Origin: an uncultured delta proteobacterium
GTDB lineage: Bacteria > Myxococcota_A > Polyangia > Fen-1088
NCBI GenBank assembly: GCA_963737265.1
Contig: CAVTRY010000016.1
Location: 128,001 to 192,000 of the forward strand
Reading direction: 5' to 3'
Length of the DNA stretch: 64,000 nucleotides
Under the pieces are notes generated by a model. That model searched no databases. It was not told the origin of the DNA and saw only the letters and a program-made list of their open reading frames with translations. The position numbers and the translations under genes were made by a program. Of this stretch, positions 1 to 9,155 are shown piece by piece. Each line of letters opens with the position of its first letter. Within the stretch, counting starts at the first letter, position 1.

Positions 1-843
1 GAAAACGGGCTGACCGCCCGCAAGTTCATGCTGACCAAGCGCTTCGCGCAAGGTCCCCCACCCCCCGAAGCATCCGGCACCGCCGCCGCCCCCATCACCT
101 GGGTCTTCGAGCCCGAAAGCTTCGCTCCCCTCGCCAAGCTAACCGCCATCGCAAGGTTCGGCATCGTCACCGACCACCTCGGCACGCCCACCGCGATGAT
201 CGACGAGCGGGGGAAGACTGTGTGGGGTGCTGACATTGGCGTGTACGGCGACCTGCGGAACGAAGTCGGGGAGAAGGCGGCGTGCCCGTTTAGGTGGCCC
301 GGGCAGTACGAGGACGAAGAGACGGGCCTGTACTACAACCGATTCCGGTACTACGACCCGGAGGCGGGGGAGTACACAGGTCAGGATCCAATTAGGTCGA
401 AGGGCGGGCTCGCTCTCTACGGATACGTTGGGGATCCACTTGTCTGGAAGGACCCCTTTGGCCTGGCGGGGGGCTGCGGATCCGAGGATACCGAAGAAAC
501 ACGAACTGGCTACCACGCTACGTCACCAGAAGCAGCGGCAGCAATCCGAAAGACTGGCTTCCGTGAAGGCACAAAGCCAGGACGCCTCGGTAGCCATGGA
601 ACCTATGTCAACAATACTCCTGAAGGCGCTATCGCGGAGTTCTCTCACCATAACCCTGGTGTCACGCCTGAGGTGTTGACGGTCCAGTATAGGCCCGGCG
701 TCGAGGCAGTGGCAGACGTCTCGCCGCGTAATTACGTTTCGGAGCATCCTCTCAACGCAGACAGCATCTCAGCGCCATCGGTTCGCGCCCCTGGAACGGT
801 CAACACCAACGTACTCAATCGAAGCACACAGGTCGTCCAATGA
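1..843 (+). CDS. rhs: Rhs protein 1 (5'-partial): Rhs core plus C-terminal toxin with RES/ADP-ribosyltransferase-like motifs
   Basis: Frame open from base 1. Core motif CPFRWPGQYEDEETGLYYNRFRYYDP...DPFGL. Tip has YHAT..AI..GF, GTY..TPEGAIAE and APSVRAPGTVN. Confidence 0.9.
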   Translation, partial: ENGLTARKFMLTKRFAQGPPPPEASGTAAAPITWVFEPESFAPLAKLTAIARFGIVTDHLGTPTAMIDERGKTVWGADIGVYGDLRNEVGEKAACPFRWPGQYEDEETGLYYNRFRYYDPEAGEYTGQDPIRSKGGLALYGYVGDPLVWKDPFGLAGGCGSEDTEETRTGYHATSPEAAAAIRKTGFREGTKPGRLGSHGTYVNNTPEGAIAEFSHHNPGVTPEVLTVQYRPGVEAVADVSPRNYVSEHPLNADSISAPSVRAPGTVNTNVLNRSTQVVQ

Positions 844-1199
844 AGTCCGAGCCGGTGCGATGTTGGCCTATTTCGCTCATAGATTCCGCCGGACGACCGG
901 AAGACGGCCATTGGATCGCATACCCAGAGGACAATCAGGGACATGACTTGATCATTTGCACGAGCTGTGGACACCTTTATGCAGTCAATGTTGCCAGAAT
1001 GGTTTACCTAGGTCCTCCGCTAGAGGAGAAGCTGAAGGTGCTTCTCTGCATGCAGTGCGGCGCGCCACTGAGCCGCACAGCAAGTGCATACCCAGAGACT
1101 TTTCGAGATAGGACCGGTGCGCTAAAGACCTGCGCACGCCCCCGTGAAATGCCGGCCGATGATCAGAGTGTGGTTCGAGATTTTGATCAGCTTTACTGA
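840..1199 (+). CDS. Putative immunity protein for Rhs1, with two CxxC motifs (Zn-ribbon-like)
   Basis: ATGA overlap with the toxin stop, lower GC, CTSC and CMQC motifs. Confidence 0.7.
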   Translation: MKSEPVRCWPISLIDSAGRPEDGHWIAYPEDNQGHDLIICTSCGHLYAVNVARMVYLGPPLEEKLKVLLCMQCGAPLSRTASAYPETFRDRTGALKTCARPREMPADDQSVVRDFDQLY

Positions 1200-1309
1200 T
1201 GGCAGAGATCCATGTCTCTGACCCAAGGTGCCTCTATTGACGTGGCCATGCGAAAGCCGGACAACCTCCGCACCCTGAACATCCCGCTGGCGAGTCTCCG
1301 CATTCCCCT

Positions 1310-1692
1310 GCGCTTGGGTGGTGCGCTTGGGTGGTGCGCTTGGGTGGTGCCAGGGTCTTTCTAAAAACGGGACGAACGGCGTCCGAGATCGCCAGCGTTC
1401 GAGCGGATAGCGGACAAGGGCGGGGGTCAGGACGGCGGTTTTGTCGTGAAACCTGGCGATTTCGAGCTGTCCAGGGCCAAGAGCGAGGCGGCGGAAGAGT
1501 GAGCCTCCATGCGGTGCGCTTGGGTGGTGCCAGGGTCTTTCTTAAAACGGGACGAACGGCGTCCGAGATCGCCAGCGTTCGAGCGGATAGCGGACAAGGG
1601 CGAGGGTCAGGACGGCGGTTTTGTCGTGAAACCTGGCGGTTTCGAGCTGTCCAGGGCCAAGAGCGAGGCGGCGGAAGAGTGAGCCTCCATGC
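1310..1692 (+). repeat. Repeat array 1: GCGCTTGGGTGGT stutters plus a 180-bp tandem duplication starting at the GGTGCCAGGGTCTTT motif
   Basis: 1333-1512 is nearly identical to 1513-1692 (gtccgagatc at 1381 and 1561). Confidence 0.9.
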
Positions 1693-1769
1693 GCCGGCAC
1701 ACGCCGGACAGACCTGTTCCTTCTCTGCCGGCGATCCAGTCCAATCGCCACGAATCGAGACCAGCCCCG

Positions 1770-2774
1770 TCAGGCCGGTGCGTTGAACGGCAAGGCCGGC
1801 GGGAAAGCCCCGAGGGGAAACATCTCCCTGATCTCGCGGGCGCGGTCGCGCAGGCGCAGGGCTCCGGCGCGGAAAGCGTCGACGAAGGCACGGTAGCGGA
1901 CACGGAATTCCTGCTCCGTCGAGTCGTCGCTTGCGTGGACGAAAGGTGCCGGGCTGCGATGGGTGGTTGTGGGCTTTGCGTGCGGATCTTGGGCGAGGAT
2001 GGCGGCGACACCCATGGGAGACCGCCCCTTCTCCTTGTTTTCGGCCTCGGCCGTGGCCTGGATCTCGCCGACGATGCGGCGGCACTCGGCCTCACCACGT
2101 GGGGAGCCGGCCAGCTTTGCTGGCCGCGTACCATCGCGGGAAGGTTTGGAAACACTCCTAGGGTTTCCAAGTCAGAATCGGCCAGCCGTCAGGTGTTCCA
2201 GGCACGGCAATGGAGTGAGCTCGACGTCGAAGGTGGTCGCGAACTGCGACGGGAAAACGGTCTCGCCACGCTGGCGGGCAAGAAACTCGGCGCTCCGGTC
2301 GAACCAGGTGCCACGCAGAATCTCGCCGGTGGTGAGGGCCGCGACGCAATTGGGACCCGGCCACGCGCCAGCAGACCCGACCAGGCCCTCCTTCGCGCCG
2401 TGGGCCAAGATGTATCGAAGGCGCGCGTGCGTGGCCCTTTCGTCGGCGACGACGATGGAGCGGTAGCGGCGAGACCACAGGCGCTCGCGCCACAGATAGA
2501 GCCGCCCCGCCTCCTTGGCCACGTTGGCATTCACGAACTGCATGAAAAGCGCGAGTTGACCGGCGCTGGTGGGTGAAAGCAAAAAGTGCGCGTGGGTGCT
2601 CAAAAACACGAAGGCGTAGATGGTCATGCCGTAGAGAGACTGGGCCTTGCCGATGACGCCGAGGATGATGTCGGTAAGCTCGGGCGAGGGCTTGAGTAGC
2701 AGCCTTCCCTGCAACGTACGGGTGGTGATCTCGACGACGGAGCGCTCGGGGATGAAACGGAGTGGCCGCGGCAT
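1770..2774 (-). mobile_element. HUH/Y1 (IS200/RAYT-like) transposase copy 1. Catalytic 200 aa intact; C-terminal part separated by an in-frame insert carrying a TGA
   Basis: MPRPLR start, HUH motif AFVFLSTHAHFLL, LWSRRY, catalytic-Tyr region LRYILAHGAKEGLV. ORFs 2172-2774 and 1770-2015 are in the same frame. Confidence 0.85.
2091..2179. repeat. 89-bp multi-hairpin miniature element inside the transposase (second copy at 14510-14598)
   Basis: Absent from copy 2, which has tcggcggt here. Stems ggccagc/gctggcc and ttggaaac/gtttccaa. Confidence 0.8.
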
Positions 2775-2860
2775 ACCGGACTATCGGCAAGGGAAGGCAC
2801 AAAGTTGCCCCCGCTGACCTGACCCCGGACAACCTCCGCGTTCTGAAGTAGCATCTCGCC

Positions 2861-5800
2861 GTGCCTGTGGCGACGACCTCGATCCTGCTGCTCGTGGCGT
2901 TGAGCGCTGCTGCCCCGGCACGCCCCGAGAACGAAAGGACTGGCGCCGTCATGGGTCTCGTCGGAGCGGCCGCGGCACCCAATCCCCTGGCCGCCGGCAT
3001 GGCCGCGGCGCAGACCGCCGTCGATACCGCCAAGATGGCCGTCGCCGCCCTGATGGGAAAAGATCCGGGCACGCCCCCGTGCATCGGGGCGATCTTGATG
3101 GGCACGCCCACGGTTCTCATCGGCGGCATTCCGCTGCCGCCCATCGAGAACTACGCGCGCGCCTTCTTCATGAAGCTGAACGGGCCGCTGGCCAGGGCCC
3201 TCCACAGCATCATCGGCAAGGTGCTGGGCAAGGGACGCGCGGCCAATTTCTTCAACGCCCTGACCTGCCACTTCACCGGCCACCCGGTCGACGTGGCCTC
3301 TGGGCGCATGCTGACTTCGGAAGAAGAGCTGCGCCTGCCGGGGCCGATTCCCCTCGTGTGGAAGCGCCAGTACGCCACCAGTTGGTCGGAACGCAACGGT
3401 CCGCTCGGCTGGGGCTGGAGCCACAGCTACGACATGGCGGTGTGGGGCGAGGCCGGCAAGCTGGTGTACCAGGCCGAAGACGGCCGCGAGATCGAGTTCG
3501 ATCTCGAGCCCGAGGCGCGCGACCGCATGCCGTGGCTGAAAGCGAACGAGCGCTGGGATCGCTTCAATCACCTGATCCTGCGCGAGTTGCGCGACGGCAC
3601 GTGGGAGGTCGAGAGCCTGGATGGTCTGGTGCGCGTCTTCGCGCCCATGCAAGGCGACCGCATTCGCCCCGGCCGGGCGCGCCTGGTATCCATCCGCGAC
3701 CGCTTCGACCACAAGATGACGTTCGGCTACGACCCCATCGGCAACCTGGCCATCATCGTGGACAGCGCCGGCCGCACCATCCGCGTGGAAAGCGACCAGG
3801 CCGGCCGGGTCGCGCGTGTGCTGGTGCCCGCGCCCGAGGCCGAGGCCTTCGTCGAGTACCTGCGCTACGACTACTCGCCCGAGGGCGACCTTGTGGCCGC
3901 CACCGATGTTCTTGGGCGCGCCATGCGCATGGGCTACGAGCGCCACCTCATGGTCAAGGAAACCAAGCGCGGCGGTTTGTCCTTCCACTTCGCCTACGAA
4001 GGCCGCGGCAACGACGCCCGCTGCATAGCGACCTGGGGCGACGGCGGCATCTACAAGCGCAGGCTTATCTACGACACCAACAACCACACCACCATCGTCA
4101 CCGACTCGCGCGGCGCGGACACCATCTACCGGATGAACGCCGACAACGCGGTGGTGTCGGTCACCGACGCCCTGGGCGCCGTCACCAAGTACGAATTCGA
4201 CGACTGCTACAACAAGATCTCCGAAACCGATCCACTCGACCACACCACCAGGTGGGCGTTCGACGAGCGGGGCAATTGCACCAAGGTCGTGCATCCCGAC
4301 GGCGCCGAGATTTCGCTCTTCTACGACGAGCGCAATGCGGTGATTCGCGCCGTCGACGCCATCAAGGGCGAGTGGCATTGGGAATACGACCGCGGTGGGC
4401 GCTTGCTGGCGCGCATGGATCCCTTAAGACGGGTCAGTCGCTTCGATTGGAAGTCCGAGGCCGAGCTGATGGGGCAGACCGGGCGGGTCGGTGCCGGCCT
4501 CAGCGCGGCCAAGCGCATGGTTGGCTTCACCGATCCGGCCGGTGGACAGACGACGCTGGAATACGACCGCCAGGGGTTGCTGGTCGGGATGCGCATGCCG
4601 AACGGGGCGCAGACGCGCTGGCGCTACGACCGCCTCGGCCGCTGCATCGAGGTCGTCGATACCAAGGGCAACCGCGAGCGGCGCGAATTCGATCTGGCCG
4701 GTCACATCCTGCGCGTCGACGTCCCCGACGGCAACGTGCGCAAGCTCGGCTACGATGCCGAGGGCAACGTGGTGGCGGTCAAGGACCAGCACTACGACGT
4801 GAAGTTCGCATACCAGGGCATGGGCCGCCTGGCCTCGCGCACGCAAGAAGGCACCACGGTCGCGTTCGAGTACGACAGCGAAGAATCGCTGGTGGCCATC
4901 CGCAACGAAGCCGGCGCCGTGTACCGCTTCACCCTGGACAAGGCCGGCAACGTCAAAGAAGAGAGCGGCTTCGACGGACTTTTGCGCAAATACGGCCGCG
5001 ACAAGGCTGGCCGCGTGCTGACCGTCGAGCGGCCCGACGAGCGCGCGACTGAGTACAGCTACGACACCGGCGGCCGGGTGGTCGCGGTCAAGTACAGCGA
5101 CGGCACAAGTGAAGAGTACGGCTACCGCCCCGACGGTGCCTTGATGGCGGCGATCAATGCCGCCGCCGAGGTCAAATTCGAGCGCGATGCCCTGGGCCGC
5201 ATCGTGAAGGAAGTTCAAGGCGAAGACACCGTGGAAAGCGCCTTCGACCTGCTCGGCCTGCGCAGCCGCATGAAGACCAGCAAGGGGCACGTGCTGGAGA
5301 TCGAGCGCAACCTCGTCGGCGACGTAGTGGGCATGAAGGCCGGCGGCGGCCCGGTTGCATCAGGTAGCGCGCCCGCCGCGCAGGCCGCCCTGCCACCCTG
5401 GGAAGCCCGCTTCACCCGCGATCAGCTTGGCCTGGAGGTCGAGCGCACCTTGCCCGGTGGCGTGCGAGCCCGCTGGGAGCGCGACAGCGTCGGCCGCCCC
5501 GTCAAGCACGAGATCTGGTCTGGCGGCACCGTGGTGTCCGCCCAGTCCTACACCTGGGAGCCCAACGACCGCCTCAAGATGATCATCGATGCCCTCAAGG
5601 GTCCCGTGCAGTACCGCCACGATGGCCTGGGCAACCTGATCGGCGCAGCCTACGCCGACGACAAGATCGACCTGCGCATGCCCGACGCTGTCGGCAACCT
5701 GTTCAAGACCCCCGACAAGAAAGATCGCAAGTACGGCCCCGCCGGCCAGCTATTGGAATCGCGGGGCGCCGACGGCGTCACGAAGTACGAATACGACCCC

Positions 5801-6928
5801 GAAGGCAACCTGGCCAAGAAGATCCTGCCCGACGGCAGCGCGTGGAAATACGAGTGGAACGGCGCCGGCATGCTGGCCAAGGTCATCCGCCCCGACGGCA
5901 AGACGGTAGAATTCGGCTACGACGCCCTCGGCCGCCGGGTCTGGAAGAAATACGGCGCCAAGACCACCAAGTGGATCTGGGACGGCAACGTGCCCGTGCA
6001 CGAATGGGTCGAGGTGGATCCGTCCGTGGAAGCCCCGCCGTCGCAGCAAGAAGCCGTGGAGTGGGAAAACGGGCTGCCCGCCCGCAAGTTCATGCTGACC
6101 AAGCGCTTCGCGCAAGGTCCCCCCTTGTCCGATCCCCTCTCCCACTGGGAGAGGGCTAGGGTGAGGGAAAATGCGACGGGAACAGCCGCCGCCCCCATCA
6201 CCTGGGTCTTCGAGCCCGAGTCTTTCGCCCCCCTCGCCAAACTGACCGCCACCGCAAGGTTCGGCATCGTCACCGACCACCTCGGCACGCCCACCGCGAT
6301 GATCGACGAGCGGGGGAAGACGGTGTGGGGTGCGGACATCGGTGTGTACGGCGACTTGCGAAACGTCGTCGGTGAGAAGGCGGCGTGTCCGTTTAGGTGG
6401 CCGGGGCAGTACGAGGACGAGGAGACGGGGCTGTATTACAACCGATTCCGGTACTACGACCCGGGGGCGGGGGAGTATGTAAGCCAGGATCCGATTGGGT
6501 TGAAGGGCGGACTGCGCGCCCATGGATACGCACACGATCCGCTAGCCTGGCTTGATCCGCTTGGACTCACATGTGGACCAGCAGGAAAGGACGTGGAAGA
6601 GCCACCCCACGTGTTCTGGTCAGGAGGAGAGAAGGCGATGAAGGCTGCCCAAGCATGGGCTGAGAAGCACGGTGGGGTCACATTGGAAATGACGGCAGGT
6701 GGCAGGCGCGCTGTTCGACACACTCAGGGTCTGGACGATTGGGAAATGGCCCGACCAGTCTGGGCCAAGGAGTCGCGACTGTTTGCTAAGAAGTCACAAG
6801 GCGAGGTTCATGTCTTTGCGACAAAAGAAGCCATGAACGATCCCAATCGCATTTTGAATTCCGTGGAAATACCGGCGCTGAAGCAAAATCCCCAGGTGAC
6901 AACCATTGTCCCACACGAGGTGCCATGA
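2861..6928 (+). CDS. rhs: Rhs protein 2: element-derived leader, PAAR-like remnant, DUF6531, YD repeats, core, and ADP-ribosyl-cyclase-like (Tox-ARC) tip
   Basis: MGTPTVLIGG, GHPVDVASG..GPLGWGWSHSY, YD repeats, DPLGL. Tip FWSG..TLEMT..W..SRLFA..GEVHV..SVEIPAL resembles CD38/ARC motifs. Confidence 0.9.
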   Translation: MPVATTSILLLVALSAAAPARPENERTGAVMGLVGAAAAPNPLAAGMAAAQTAVDTAKMAVAALMGKDPGTPPCIGAILMGTPTVLIGGIPLPPIENYARAFFMKLNGPLARALHSIIGKVLGKGRAANFFNALTCHFTGHPVDVASGRMLTSEEELRLPGPIPLVWKRQYATSWSERNGPLGWGWSHSYDMAVWGEAGKLVYQAEDGREIEFDLEPEARDRMPWLKANERWDRFNHLILRELRDGTWEVESLDGLVRVFAPMQGDRIRPGRARLVSIRDRFDHKMTFGYDPIGNLAIIVDSAGRTIRVESDQAGRVARVLVPAPEAEAFVEYLRYDYSPEGDLVAATDVLGRAMRMGYERHLMVKETKRGGLSFHFAYEGRGNDARCIATWGDGGIYKRRLIYDTNNHTTIVTDSRGADTIYRMNADNAVVSVTDALGAVTKYEFDDCYNKISETDPLDHTTRWAFDERGNCTKVVHPDGAEISLFYDERNAVIRAVDAIKGEWHWEYDRGGRLLARMDPLRRVSRFDWKSEAELMGQTGRVGAGLSAAKRMVGFTDPAGGQTTLEYDRQGLLVGMRMPNGAQTRWRYDRLGRCIEVVDTKGNRERREFDLAGHILRVDVPDGNVRKLGYDAEGNVVAVKDQHYDVKFAYQGMGRLASRTQEGTTVAFEYDSEESLVAIRNEAGAVYRFTLDKAGNVKEESGFDGLLRKYGRDKAGRVLTVERPDERATEYSYDTGGRVVAVKYSDGTSEEYGYRPDGALMAAINAAAEVKFERDALGRIVKEVQGEDTVESAFDLLGLRSRMKTSKGHVLEIERNLVGDVVGMKAGGGPVASGSAPAAQAALPPWEARFTRDQLGLEVERTLPGGVRARWERDSVGRPVKHEIWSGGTVVSAQSYTWEPNDRLKMIIDALKGPVQYRHDGLGNLIGAAYADDKIDLRMPDAVGNLFKTPDKKDRKYGPAGQLLESRGADGVTKYEYDPEGNLAKKILPDGSAWKYEWNGAGMLAKVIRPDGKTVEFGYDALGRRVWKKYGAKTTKWIWDGNVPVHEWVEVDPSVEAPPSQQEAVEWENGLPARKFMLTKRFAQGPPLSDPLSHWERARVRENATGTAAAPITWVFEPESFAPLAKLTATARFGIVTDHLGTPTAMIDERGKTVWGADIGVYGDLRNVVGEKAACPFRWPGQYEDEETGLYYNRFRYYDPGAGEYVSQDPIGLKGGLRAHGYAHDPLAWLDPLGLTCGPAGKDVEEPPHVFWSGGEKAMKAAQAWAEKHGGVTLEMTAGGRRAVRHTQGLDDWEMARPVWAKESRLFAKKSQGEVHVFATKEAMNDPNRILNSVEIPALKQNPQVTTIVPHEVP
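6134..6167. repeat. boxC-like palindromic element inside the Rhs coding frame (also 12296-12329)
   Basis: cccctctcccactgggagagggctagggtgaggg, translated as PLSHWERARVR. Absent from Rhs1 (GPPPPEASGTAAAP). Confidence 0.7.
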
Positions 6929-7410
6929 GTGGAAAGAGGAAAAGGGTCGGTTCGGGAAGGCAAGAACCAAGCAAGCCATGGAACGGTGTCGAGCTTTTCA
7001 AAGAGATGGAAGGGAAAACCTCCGGGTACTTGGGCCACATAAAGGTGACTTTTGTTCGGGATGACCGCTCTGACGAGGAAATAGGGGCAGCTGACCGTGC
7101 GAGGTGGCAAGAGCATCGGATTTGGGAGATGCCTCTGGGCTTCAGTCTTGTACCCAACGGTCGCGCTGGTACCATCTACTTTCGTCGAGGCCAGAAGCTA
7201 GTCGAGTTGGACGCTGAGTTGGCGGGCAATCCGGCCCTCGACATCGTGCTGTCCGGTGGTGATTTGAGCAAATGGATCGATGTAGATACTCTCGGATCGG
7301 AGCCGGTTTCCGCCGAGGATCAAAGTGGAATCAGGGATTCCCTCATCGAATGGCTGACCAAGAAGGGACTTAAGTTCTCCATTGGGGGCGTTGTGATCGT
7401 TCGGCGGTAG
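6925..7410 (+). CDS. Immunity protein, Imm74-like
   Basis: ATGA coupling to the toxin. GRAG.IY..G....E...W.....VS..DQ..I...L...G pattern. Imm74 is the known partner family of Tox-ARC. Confidence 0.7.
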   Translation: MSGKRKRVGSGRQEPSKPWNGVELFKEMEGKTSGYLGHIKVTFVRDDRSDEEIGAADRARWQEHRIWEMPLGFSLVPNGRAGTIYFRRGQKLVELDAELAGNPALDIVLSGGDLSKWIDVDTLGSEPVSAEDQSGIRDSLIEWLTKKGLKFSIGGVVIVRR

Positions 7411-7416
7411 AAATGA

Positions 7417-8250
7417 GGGGTGGTGCCGCTTGGGTGGTGCCGCTTGGGTGGTGCGCTTGGGTGGTGCCAGGGTCTTTCTGAAAACGGGACGAACGGCGTC
7501 CGGTGCGCTTGGGTGGTGCCAGGGTCTTTCTGAAAACGGGACGAACGGCGTCCGAGATCGCCAGTATTCGAGCGGATAGCGGACAAATGCGAGGGTCAGG
7601 ACGGCGGTTTTGTCGTGAAACCTGGCGGTTTCGAGCTGTCCAGGGCCAAGAGCGAGGCGGCGGAAGAGTGAGCCTCCATGCGCCGGCACACGCCGGACAG
7701 ACCTGTTCCTTCTCTGCCGGCGGTCCAGTCCCGGTCCAGTCCAATCACCACGAATCGAGACCAGCCCCGTCAGGCCGGTGCGTTGAACGGCAAGGCGCCG
7801 CTTGGGTGCGCCGCTTGGGTGCCAGGGTCTTTCGCGCCGCTTGGGTGCCAGGGTCTTTCGCGAGACGCCGTGGGTGGTGCCCGTGGGTGGTGCCAGGGTT
7901 TTTCTGAAAACGACAAGGCCCGTGGGTGGTGCCAGGGTTTTTCTGAAAACGACAAGGCGGTGCGCGGGGGTGGTGCCAGGGTCTTTCTGAAAGCTGGAGG
8001 AACGCTTGGGTGGTGCCGGGGTCTTTCTGAAAACGGGACGAACGGCGCGGGGATGGTGCCGCGGGGGTGGTGCCAGGGTCTTTCTGAAAGCTGGAGGAAC
8101 GCTTGGGTGGTGCCAGGGTCTTTCTGAAAACGGGACGCACGGCGTCCGAGATCGCCAGTGTTCGAGCGGATAGCTGTCGCTTGGGTGGTGCCAGGGTCTT
8201 TCTGAGGAGCTAAAGGAACGCTTGGGTGGTGCCAGGGTCTTTCTGAAAAC
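7417..8250 (+). repeat. Repeat array 2: about 12 co-oriented GGTGCCAGGGTYTTTC copies, each followed by a variably truncated tail
   Basis: Copies near 7463, 7515, 7818, 7843, 7889, 7928, 7972, 8012, 8069, 8109, 8187, 8228. Confidence 0.9.
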
Positions 8251-9155
8251 GGGACGAACGGCGTCCGAGATCGCCAGCGTTCGAGCGGATAGCGGACAAG
8301 GGCGAGGGTCAGGACGGCGGTTTTGTCGTGAAACCTGGCGGTTTCGAGCTGTCCAGGGCCAAGAGCGAGGCGGCGGAAGAGTGAGCCTCCATGCGCCGGC
8401 ACACGCCGGACAGACCTGTTCCTTCTCTGCCGGCGGTCCAGTCCAATCACCACGAATCGAGACCTGCCCCGTCAGGCCGGTGCGTTGAACGGCAAGGCCG
8501 GCGGGAAAGCCCCGAGGGGAAACATCTCCCTGATCTCGCGGGCGCGGTCGCGCAGGCGCAGGGCTCCGGCGCGAAAAGCGTCGACGAAGGCACGGTAGCG
8601 GATACGGAATTCCTGCTCCGTCGAGTCGTCGCTTGCGTGGACGAAAGGTGCCGGGCTGCGATCGGTGGTTGTGGGCTTTGCGTGCGGATCTTGGGCGAGG
8701 ATGGCGGCGACACCCATGGGAGACCGCCCCTTCTCCTTGTTTTCGGCCTCGGCCGTGGCCTGGATCTCGCCGACGATGCGGCGGCACTCGGCTCGGCGGT
8801 GGTCAGCCGTCAGGTGTTCCAGGCACGGCAATGGAGTGAGCTCGAACGTCGAAGGTGGTCGCGAACTGCGACGGGAACACGGTCTCGCCACGCTGGCGGG
8901 CAAGAAACTCGGCGCTCCGGTCGAACCAGGTGTGAAGTGGACCCCTTTGGTAGGACCAGAAATGGCCCGAGCTAAGAGAGAGTCCGCGTGGGTTTGTTTG
9001 TAGATCCGGGTGAGCCTCGCCGGCAAGGAAATTGTTGAGAGCGGAGGCATGCTGATGGCTGCTGTCCACGGATGCAATGCGCGCACGGCCCCACAGAAGC
9101 AGGTGAACGCGTTGCAGTTGTGGGCAGCGTGCCATCAGCATGATGCAGCGGCGAT

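Noticed and set aside
1234-2085. Long ORFs across the repeats (also 7198-8787 and 13755-14504)
   Set aside because: Off-frame or antisense products of GC-rich repeats with Arg/Pro-rich composition.
2140-2174. SECIS / selenocysteine codon
   Set aside because: The UGA comes from an insert, does not align with a Cys in copy 2, and the hairpin has no SECIS features I can confirm.
3059-3077. Reverse-complement match of the motif to the Rhs KDPGT codons (15/19)
   Set aside because: Explained by protein coding in the PAAR-like remnant and opposite in orientation to all other copies; treated as chance.
7417-8250. CRISPR array
   Set aside because: Unit lengths are irregular, the intervening sequences are mostly prefixes of one tail rather than unique spacers, and there are no cas genes in the window.
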